Source: Phoronis australis (lineage: Eukaryota > Animalia > Phoronida). From it: 32,082 nt of DNA. Each line of letters begins with the position of its first letter. Position 1 is the first letter of the stretch. A program made the position numbers and the translations under genes. The DNA is taken from NCBI GenBank assembly GCA_002633005.1, contig NMRA01001228.1:5606-37687 (forward strand), read 5' to 3'. Shown here piece by piece: positions 23,466 through 32,082 of the stretch. The notes below the pieces were generated by a model. It saw only the letters and a program-made list of their open reading frames with translations. It was not told where the DNA came from and made no database searches.

Positions 23466-23600
23466 ATAGCTGTGTATTTCAGTCCGCGTTGCTCCGCGAA
23501 CGGCTAGAAAAAATACGGCCACTCAACTGTCTGCTTTACAATCCCTAAAGACGTTGATATTCGGAAGCGTTGGGTCGTTGCCATAAGCCGCGACGAAGCA
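23466..23600 (+). mobile_element. THAP-domain stub of a DNA transposon
   Basis: IAVYFSPRCSANG*KKYGHSTVCFTIPKDVDIRKRWVVAISRDE matches the THAP C...C...F..P.D...R..W..A..R core; truncated. Confidence 0.65.
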
Positions 23601-24229
23601 ACATGTGTCGGTGTAAAATTTATAATTGTTTTCGAAAAGTTATATCATATTTTGTCGCGGTTGCCAAGCATCATAGTAACGACCGGAGAATGGGCCAGGC
23701 AGGCTGTGTTTTCATTACTACGGGTTGAAACATTATAATTTTTCTTTCCAAAAAGGACAAGGCCCTCAATCCCTCGAATTTGGGGCCAAATATCGGGACT
23801 ATTCCTCTCTCAAAAATATTGAAATATCACGCGAAATTCCCCCACGAGCCATAAAAATTCCCCTAGTGAAAAATCTCAGTTCACATCACCTGTAACCACA
23901 AGTAACAATTGTTAAGAGCACAAAAGGCTACTTTAAATTGAGACAGAGCCAATGAGAGCTTGCAACAGGACGGGGTGCTGTTGATGGTGATCGGGAGGTA
24001 AATTGTTCCCGCCCTCACTCGGCGCAAAAATGGCCTCTCAGTAGGCACTGGCACCTTTACCCTCGGATGAACGAGGCTCCTGGAGAAACATGATAACTAT
24101 GGTTGCTTTTTCCAGTTAACTGAAATTGAGTTCTAAAACTATATTATACTTTGGACGAACGAATTAGGTGTTTTAATTTTAAAATTCAACTTGGTCCAGA
24201 TTGATATTTGAAACCTAACGGCACATGAG

Positions 24230-24700
24230 ATAGACGTAAGAATTATTATAACCAAGAAAGCAGAATTGTTAGTCAAATAATTTTTATTTTCAATTACGAG
24301 CCTGGTTTTTTATTTTAATAAAAAATATATTTAATAACATCAATTATTCTTTCAGATCAATGACAAATCAACGGTTAGTCCCAGTGAGTGCATAGGATCA
24401 GGCTATGCTTGGTATTAATATTCTTGATCAACAAATTAAACCAGATGTGACTAATTGCACATGACAGCCACCACTGTCGAATATGTCTTCAACTCGTCAA
24501 CAATACGAGCAGATGACCTGGTTCGCGTAGAAAGTATTTTGATCAACAATTTACAAGAAAAAACGTAACCCTGCATTCAGCATAATACCTAATCCGTAAC
24601 ACTACGATCGCCGCAATTTGGTCATATTTAATTTCATGTTTCGAACCTAGTTTTCCGAAAAAAATTAAACCCTTTCGTCAGACAACTCTTCGGCGCCTTA
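24230..24700 (-). pseudogene. iGluR/IR-like ATD remnant (copy E)
   Basis: IKYDQIAAIVV (24632-24600), EDIFDSGGCHVQLV (24490-24449; compare copies D/G, L.D.GC...LV), GTNR*FVID (24382-24356), NQARN..YLTNNSAFLV. Confidence 0.45.
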
Positions 24701-24782
24701 ACTTGTTCTCTAATGTAGTTTTCTACGTCTCTGTGGTTAATTGTCGACACATTATTAAAATTTAATATCCAGTTTGGACTCG

Positions 24783-24882
24783 AAAGACCGGCTATTTAAC
24801 TCACGCAATGTCAACTTCCGCTTTGTTTATCGCAGTAAGCCTCGCTTTGGATTTTAATGTCCGCCGCGTGAATTGGGTCTAT
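24783..24882. mobile_element. Small MITE or terminus with an ATAGACC-type end
   Basis: Ends ...GCCGCGTGAATTGGGTCT|AT, with a partial inverted match AGACC...TCACGC at ~24785-24806. Confidence 0.3.
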
Positions 24883-24892
24883 ATGGAACTTT

Positions 24893-26384
24893 AACGTGGT
24901 CTTTTGAGAACGTGTATAATGCACACGTCATACGAATGAAATGCATAGCTTCTTTCCTTCGCTGCCAGGTGGACTCGGGCACTTGTTCATAGGAGTGCTG
25001 CAATCGTCAGTTTATAATGCACGCGTGAAGCCGGAAGTTGTGGCAGCTCAGTTTTGGTTAATGAAAAGGCTTACATGCATTCTTTTATACTAATGTCCCG
25101 GACACAGCAATGGCGGATTTCATAGCATGTTGCAAAAGAAGCGTAGTAGATTGCTGTCGTCATCTCTCGACTGACTTTGTCACATTACAAATAATAACAT
25201 TAAAACAATCATGTGCACACATTTTACCGTGAAGGCGTACTATAATATTTCGAACGAATGCATTTCACACGTGCCTGAGTTGACTTGGCGGCGAAGGAAC
25301 GAAGCTATGCACTCGTTCATACGAGTGTACTTTTACTCGCTTCTCACCTGGTGGCGAAGGAACGAAGCTAAGCACTAGTTGGAGCGATTTAAGGAGGCAC
25401 TGAACAGTTCTCACAGGGATTTGCCTATCAGAACACACAGTCAATGGACTCTTCACCCTTTCTTCACTCTGTCAAAAACTGCATGCAAATAAAGAAAAGT
25501 TTTGAGTCCTTTCACATCACAAGCCCTACAGATGAGCACAGAAACTTTGTTCTCTCTTGTATTTTTGACCCTTTCACTCCCAGTGGAAACCAAGCTAGAC
25601 TAAGAAAAATAATTACAAACAAATGCAAAATCGGCACTTTTCACCCCAAAACCACCACTTCCCTGCCGATGCTCGACTAAAGCCAACATTAGATTCCGAA
25701 AGCAAATTTCTTACCAATTCCAAAAATGTGGTCCAAAATTACTGTTAACTAACTAGTTTTTTTGCAAATCTGACTTGTTTGAGGGCTACCTGAAATCGCA
25801 GCCAATTTCTCAGTTGCTACACAGCAATGCACAACTGCAGCAGAGGGCCACCATCTTGAAGAAGAGTGCAACTACAGCCAAGAAAGTGACCTTTTTTAAT
25901 TCTCAGCAGGTTCACAAATACAAACAAACCAAATTCACTTGGCCTACATATAATACCTAACTAAAAAAAATGCCCCCAAGCCTGGCCTACCCCTAGATTT
26001 TATTATTTTGGGAGTGCAAATTGGCCGCGGCCGCAGTCTAACTGTTCAGTGCCACCTTGTAATCAATGTAGCCTCAAAGCCAGGCCCATCTAAAACATAT
26101 TTCACACGAGTGTATTTTACTCGTCAGTGACATCGTCCACCTAGCGGTGAAAGAACAAAGCTTTGCACTCGTTGGTACGAATGCATTTCACTCGTGGGAT
26201 TTGTGCCTGCGTCTACCTGGTGGCGAAAGAAGGAGGCTATGCACTCGTTCATACGAGTGTATTTTTACTCGTTCTCACCTGGCGGCGAAGGAATGAAGCT
26301 ATGAACTCGTTAGAGCGAATGTAATCCACGTGTGTCATGCACTCGTATATGAGTGCAATACACACGTTCTCAAAAGAACACGTT
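24893..26384. mobile_element. Foldback/MITE-like element with ~45-bp TIRs and modular internal repeats
   Basis: AACGTG(G/T)TCTTTTGAGAACGTGT... at 24893 is inverted at 26340-26384. The unit CACCTGGCGGCGAAGGAACGAAGCTATGCACTCGTT recurs at ~25285, 25346, 26138, 26214 and 26276, and is inverted at 24941-24971. Confidence 0.8.
25393..26056. mobile_element. Kolobok-like MITE nested in the foldback element
   Basis: TTAA|GGAGGCACTGAACAGTT ... AACTGTTCAGTGCCACC|TT (16/17 TIR match). Removing it restores the host repeat GGAGCGAT-GTAATC. Confidence 0.75.
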
Positions 26385-26439
26385 CGCGTTTGATAATGTC
26401 TTGCAGTCATAGGATCACACAACAATGTTCTGTTTAGAA

Positions 26440-27200
26440 AACTTATGACTAAATTTATGTGAGCAGGAGAATTCCGTCGACCGACAATGTATTGGAAAGC
26501 AAAGTTCTCCTCATATAAAACAATGTATGCTTAATAAACGCAATGAAAGTTTCTGGGGGAAACATTTTACTAGCAATTATTTTGTTCCTGCATTAGACAC
26601 TCTTGATGTAAACTTCAGCAGGCGAGCAGCTGTTTACAATGACGCCTCTATGATATTTTTAACAAGTTTCGTTGAATGCATCAAAAGAACAATAATTCTA
26701 TCGAGAAGGTGAAATACATGTACTTTCATGGATATACATATAGCCGTCTATTGTCGAACTTGTCTCAATGTTTACCTCGCCGGTGAATTAAAAGTTTGCG
26801 TGCGTGTAGTCTACATCAGAACAAAATAATTGGGACTCTCTTGGTCAATATTAAACCAATAATTTGTAAAAAAAATCGATTTACCAATAAACAACCAAAA
26901 CACAAGCAGTCAAAATCGCGTTTTAAAACAATTTCCTTGCATTTACGAATAGATGATATTTGACGGCAAAGAAAAAATTAAGATATGTTTTCCGGCCAAA
27001 GAATGTTTCAATAAGTGTGAATTTTTTTGTAAATCTACCCAAGCGCTAAGCATAACTAGACGTTTTTAACTACCAAAAGCATCGAAAATCGGAACGTCTC
27101 AAAATGGCCGCTCAAGATTTGCCACGTTATTAAAGTCTTTTCAAATAACTCGCACATTAGGCACATAAAAGCGCTTTTAATTTAAAGATTGCCAAGCATA
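26440..27200 (-). pseudogene. iGluR/IR-like ATD remnant (copy F)
   Basis: LMCELFEK (27160-27137), NAILTACVLVVYW (26922-26884), RIIVLLMHSTKLVKNIIEA (26699-26643), AGTK*LLV, SVDGILLL. Confidence 0.5.
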
Positions 27201-27699
27201 ATCATGGTTAACACTCCATACAGTAAGTAAAGGAAAATCCTCGAAGGGTGACATTTATCAAATTTACAAATATAAGTACAATAAACAGAAAAAATGATCC
27301 GACAAAATTTTGAAGAGTCAATTTTTAAACTTAAAAGTAGCCAGAAGAAGCCCGTTTCTCATTAGTGCATGGGCTTCGCGTTAATTAAACTAACTGGCGA
27401 CAAGTCGGGTTTGAGGCCATTGGACCGAATTATTCTAGAGACCCCGTGGCTGCATATTAGTCAAATGAAAGGCCACACAAACTTACGCAAAAAATAGATT
27501 TTTTAGTAAAACGGCCATCATGTTACGACCGATTGTCGCACTCGATACATAGTGTCGACCGGGTGACAATATATTCCGTTTAAAACACCGACACAAAGTG
27601 CAGCCCAAGCCATAGGATGAACGGGTCTACTGCTTGTTCCGAATGCAGTAATTAATGTGCCAGTACTCTAAATGAAATTCACTGATTTTGAGGTTGAAG

Positions 27700-28400
27700 A
27701 GGATATCTAATCTCTACAGGAATGAATCAGTATACATTCGTTCAGGATATGTCACCCATATGATCATATTTCTTGCCAAGGCTTCTGTCTCAAAACGATG
27801 CCTGAGATGTGAAACTTCGCTGTTCAATAACATATACCGAGCATGTTATCCAACATATGACTATTGTCTAGAAAAAGTGTTTCAATACTAGTGCTGACTT
27901 TATCAGTCTTGATAACTGTTTCATACAATTTCAGTCCAATCACGTTAGTTTGATTAGGTTTGATATTCCAGCGATCCTAGGGTGTATTCAGGATATCACA
28001 CAACCCTTTGTCGCAACATGATGTGGAAACGTTATGTCTTGAGAAAAACTGCCAAGTATAACTAGAAGGCTGTCTTCATTATTTCTGATATTTACAAAAA
28101 TGCGATACGTACATCCTTTATCACGTAGGTCAGTCAGTGTTTGCAACAACAATTTTCTGAATTGTGTACTGGAAACGATTTTTTTATTTTATACTGTCTC
28201 ATTTTATGAACTCTTACAACCCATCTCATCTTAGTTTACATTATTATAACCTATTTGTACTATATTAAATGTTTGAGAGGTAATACCACAAGTACTTTCT
28301 GGCATCTGCTGTCATCCCTCTCTAGAAAAAGATGTTCAACTGATTAGATTTTCTTGTGATCTGTACGATTGCATTTACAATATATACTTTCACAAAGCCA
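27700..28400 (-). pseudogene. iGluR/IR-like ATD remnant (copy G), paralog of copy D
   Basis: DEMG, LLQTLTDLRDKGCTYRIFVNIRNNED (28149-28072), FETEALARNMIIWV (27794-27753). Nucleotide homology to 20189-20620. Confidence 0.55.
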
Positions 28401-28859
28401 AAATGAAGTGACACAATCTAGCTGGTGTAGAGGTAGCGTTTTATTGTTAAAACATTTCGAATGCTGCACCTGTTACATTGACAGTAAGTTATGAAGAATT
28501 GATGAGCGGCCAAGTGAAAACAATTTAGGGTTCTTATGATTTTAAAATCATTAGGAAGATGATTCTTAAGAATGGCAGCAAATGAAATAATAACCATAAT
28601 TTTTTGTATTATAGCTTAGAATAATTAGTAAATTGTGGCTTCTGAGGCCATGTTTGTCGATCTGATCTAAATTTTGAAACGCCTCCTAGAGAAAAGGAAC
28701 AATACGGTTCATCTGTTTAAATAAAAAACAGTGCAGGTGGCCTGATGTCATTTCCGGGACATCAGATGAGCGCAGGCCTCATGGTTGGGCCCCTTACACC
28801 CAATAACTGAGCTAAAAGCACAAAAGTCCCGTTATGGTTCTTCGTTTAAACTTCTAAAT

Positions 28860-29360
28860 ACATAAGTTTTTATACCTGGTCAGCGGAGGAATTAGAAATG
28901 AATTTTGCTTGATTTAGCAATCTAATACACGTTGAACACAGAACTGAGCGCACGTTATTGGATTTCTTCAAGTTGTTAATAGTTTGATAGTGCAACAATT
29001 GAACGCTGTTGAATGACAGTTATTGAAGCGCGATTTAATACATGCGTTGAAGATTTTCAAATTTGAAGCCGTGTGGAGACGAAACAGGGCGGAAACTTGC
29101 CTTGCTCATAAAAGTCACGTGCTAGAGCATGCAATATGAATACCATTAACAAGGAACATGTTTCTCTCCCTCTTGTGGTGCCCTTTTTTCTGAGAAAGTT
29201 ATACCCTAGAATGGCCGTGTATTTATATAACCTCGAGTGTGAATAAACAACAGGAAACATTGGACTAACTCTCAGTCTAGAAATCATTTTTAAACTGAGT
29301 GAGGAACAAGATGAGAATAATATAACGCCAAACGGCCTAGGTCAGCTTTTGACTGAAGAT
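28860..29360 (-). pseudogene. iGluR/IR-like ATD remnant (copy N)
   Basis: GVILFSSCSS...FPVVYS (in and upstream of ORF 29057-29287), then NNLKKSNNVRSVLCSTCIRLLNQAK (28977-28903), matching L..LK....IIL.C....LL.QA. Confidence 0.5.
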
Positions 29361-30199
29361 ATATTTATTGCGCTATTAACTGTGTGACGTGAGCGTTTAC
29401 TATGATCACTATTTCCGTTTTCATAGCGTCAATAAACCGGCGAAAATGCGCTGTTTTTTCTGTATTTCTACTGTCAAACAAAATCAGGTTTTAAAATACT
29501 AAGAACTCTGGAAAACTCATTTCCTCTGAACAGTAATCAACTGTGGTAACCCAAGCAGCTTTTTCTGAAGGAATGTTGCAATTTTCATGCAGAATTTAGT
29601 ATTAATGTTGTCTTAAGCTCATGTGGTTTTGTATTTTAGCGCAAAACTTGCAAAATGCGAAACATTTGACGTTCAGGGAGAAATGTTTATGAAGAGAAAA
29701 GAAAGCGAAGGGGTGAGTAGCAATTCCATCATTTTTAATTATCATTCATAAGCACTTAATCAAGCGTTACGAATTGGTTCATTGGCAGTTCTCCTTTTGA
29801 CCAAATTAACAAAAGAAAACCAATAACAAGCACTTTAGCAAACGATGTTATATTTAGCGGCAATACTATATAGTATGTTGAAGGTTCAGACGTTTCGTTA
29901 CTTGCTTAGGACATCAGTGACACACACAGACCTAAAAGTTGAATACTGCTGGACAATCAAACACTAAATAAGGTTTTGGGAACAAAAAGGTTGTCGTAAC
30001 GGACTACCTGGAGGCAACGGTGAACGATAGGAGATGCGGGGGTTGTAGACGAAGCATAGTTCACGTCGGGGATATACAGGAGATTTAACATTATCCTCGA
30101 TGGATAGTTTTACCGCATCATTATTGTCGTCATTATTGTCATTTTGACACATTTTCGTCATCACGTCTTGTTTTGCTAATGCACTCGTCTGAAATTGAT

Positions 30200-31110
30200 T
30201 CCGTTATGAATATGCTTGTTAATCTTTTGTATCAGTGCAGCAGGAGGCCCCAGTGCTCCACCTGCACGTAACGGAACGCCAATGTGGGGGATAGATTTTC
30301 AATAAAAAAACGAAAGTTACATTCAAATACGTAGATGCCGAACTCTGGGCTCAACCTGAAACGTGTAAAGCTTTGCTTGAAAGTGCCAACCGAGGTAATA
30401 GTTTGAGACCGAAGAGCACTGTGAAATCTTGTTATTATTGTTACGCCTTTCCCTTTTATCACCATAAGAAATGTGAAGATTATTCATGTTACAGATGGAT
30501 ATATGGAAAAAATGGAGACAAGGGCGGCGATGCATCATTATGATTATGGATGACTATTTTCTGGACTTTTTGACGGAGGCCAAGCAAAACGGCGTCAAGT
30601 GTGAAACTATTAACCAGGACCTAATGGCCTCAATGATGAATGAGGATGAGTCGAATAAAAAAAAGAAAAAGCATAAAAAGAAATACGACATCCTTGGCAC
30701 ATATCCAACCTACAAAGAGGTGCGTTTTTAAAATCATTTTGAGTGCTACTTTGGCGGGTCAGAAATAGACAGCACCAAAGTAAGATCAGACTAAGAAAGA
30801 AGCAGTTTATTAAGGTAAAACTAAAATCTATTAGCTCCATTCCGACCACAGTATAACCATAGAAAATAAGAAGCCCCAACTTCCCTTTTTTCATGACTCA
30901 CGATTTTTGCGACTGTCGCAAATTATATGAAAACATTCGACACTGTCTTGGTAATGTTATTACTTATACCACCTGAACGGCGCTCTATATACCGTTAAAA
31001 CCGTTATTACTACCATTCAAAAATCGCCGTCAAGTGGTTTTCAGAAAGGACTTTTGAAATGTTAACGTAAAATTACTCCATTTCTTGACTGCCGAATTTG
31101 AAAGGTGTGC
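30200..31110 (+). pseudogene. iGluR/IR-like ATD remnant (copy H)
   Basis: CISAAGGPSA (30228-30257; V.AI.GP.S), AQPETCKALLE (30349-30381), RRCIIMIMDDYFLDFLTEAKQNG (30525-30593), KTFDTVLVML (30930-30959; YDAV.V). Confidence 0.55.
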
Positions 31111-31120
31111 AACATTTAGA

Positions 31121-31188
31121 CATTACACTGCGGTATACATTACACTGCGATATACATTAGACTGCGATATACATTACCCTGCGATATA
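31121..31188. repeat. Minisatellite, 4 x 17 bp
   Basis: CATTACACTGCGATATA x4 with single substitutions. Confidence 0.95.
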
Positions 31189-31339
31189 ATTTTTGTTATT
31201 AAAACTATTCCGTCCTTTAACGGACTGGTCTTGATAGTTTTTACAGCAAGCTGATTTCCAAAAAAATCTAGAAAGTAAGTCACGGACTTTCAGCAACACT
31301 TTAGAATATGACGAAAAGCACAGCTTTATACACGGATAC

Positions 31340-31600
31340 TGCCAAGTGTACCCGTTAGTGTTATTTGTTCCATTTCGGGTGAGGTCTGTAAGCCGGTCGC
31401 CGAATTGTCTTGTTTACAAATCATTCACTTGTTCATGCCTGGTCCTGATGCAGGTTTATGACTGGATGTTGTACGAACACAAACTTCACCCTGAGATAAC
31501 ACAGGTGTTCTCGATGGGTCACACTGAACTTGGGAGGAGGCAGTTAGTAATGAAGGTAAGGCGATAGCGCTGAGGAGTTTCGTTAAAGCTGTATTTCGCC
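31340..31600 (-). mobile_element. Possible Penelope-like GIY-YIG region remnant
   Basis: TRQFGDRLTDLTRNGTNNTNG resembles T.R.LGDR..EH.R...N; upstream FNETP..R and SGP. Heavily decayed. Confidence 0.3.
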
Positions 31601-32007
31601 CCGCTTAGCTGGTGAAAAAAAAACGAAAATTGACTTAGGCATTTTATTCCCAGTCTCACAGCATTCGCTATAATAGTAGGATTCCATTTCCGTTATTAGT
31701 AACTAGAACGTTAAAATCATCAGCGACTCGAAATAGAGTTCATTGAGGTTAGCCAACCCTAACTTTGCAAATTCAAGAAAGCGCATGTTCGCATTACCTG
31801 TGACTTGAGTAGCTAGCGGAAGTAGAATCCTGCAGCGGTATGGAATATCACGTGACCGATTTTATGAAGAAACCTTGGAACCGGTCAAATACATTAGGCA
31901 CACCTACCATAGTTACCGTTACGAAGTCCTACAACCGGAAGTTCTTTACAAGAGTACTGCAGCAACAGATTGTTCACGATGTGTTCTGATCATTTATAAT
32001 CATTGAA

Positions 32008-32082
32008 CAGGCCCGTAGGAAGGTAAAAATTATTGGGGGGGCACCGACCCTGGTCGATACGTAACTTCTAATTTCGAAACCA
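32008..32082. mobile_element. Left end of a probable hAT-like MITE (runs off the window)
   Basis: CAGGCCCGTAGGAAGG...GGGGGGGCAC, the same terminus-plus-G-run layout as the element at 9665. Confidence 0.4.

Noticed and set aside
25285-26320. CRISPR-like repeat array
   Set aside because: Repeats are degenerate and irregularly spaced, the 'spacers' resemble each other, they lie inside a TIR element, and there are no cas genes in this eukaryotic context.
24185-28420. Toll-like receptor pseudogene (LRR-like L*RLDILFN, IETLFLDN; TIR-like segment at 24.2-24.6 kb)
   Set aside because: The frame conserved between copies D and G is not LRR-like, and the same segments fit ATD motifs in order. Short LRR/TIR patterns arise easily by chance in AT-rich DNA.
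28903-29100. Zinc-finger (ZAD-like) VLCSTC
   Set aside because: The N-terminal Cys pair is absent; the surrounding L..LK...VLC...LL.QA fits the ATD pattern seen in other copies.
30236-30719. Two spliced exons of a SEFIR/TIR gene (AG at 30493-30494, GT at 30395 and 30720)
   Set aside because: The splice phases do not join into an open frame, and upstream GGPSA and QP..ALL motifs fit an ATD better. A real exon at 30495-30719 is not fully excluded.

Overview
AT-rich eukaryotic (invertebrate-like metazoan) genomic DNA. I found no intact protein-coding gene, no rRNA, no convincing tRNA and no CRISPR array. The window has two layers. (1) Transposon debris: fragments of at least five non-LTR retrotransposon types (Jockey/I-like, RTE, Hero/RLE, CR1/L2/RTEX-like, L1/Tx1-like), an Academ-like transposase remnant, THAP-domain stubs, several MITEs (one nested in a 1.5-kb foldback-like element), a tRNA-derived repeat, and micro/minisatellites. 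(2) Between these, most 'unique' segments translate, through stops and frameshifts, into pieces resembling the amino-terminal (LIVBP/ANF-receptor-like) domain of ionotropic glutamate receptor/IR-family proteins. One copy (3100-5185, minus) runs ATD-S1-S2-M4, two others reach S1, and two pairs are recognisably paralogous at the DNA level. My best reading is a decayed, intron-poor tandem array of about 8-13 iGluR/IR-like pseudogenes. The single 'n' at 21574 marks a probable haplotype overlap that shows both the filled and the empty site of a THAP-bearing transposon. All protein-family calls come from manual translation and motif recognition, not database searches.
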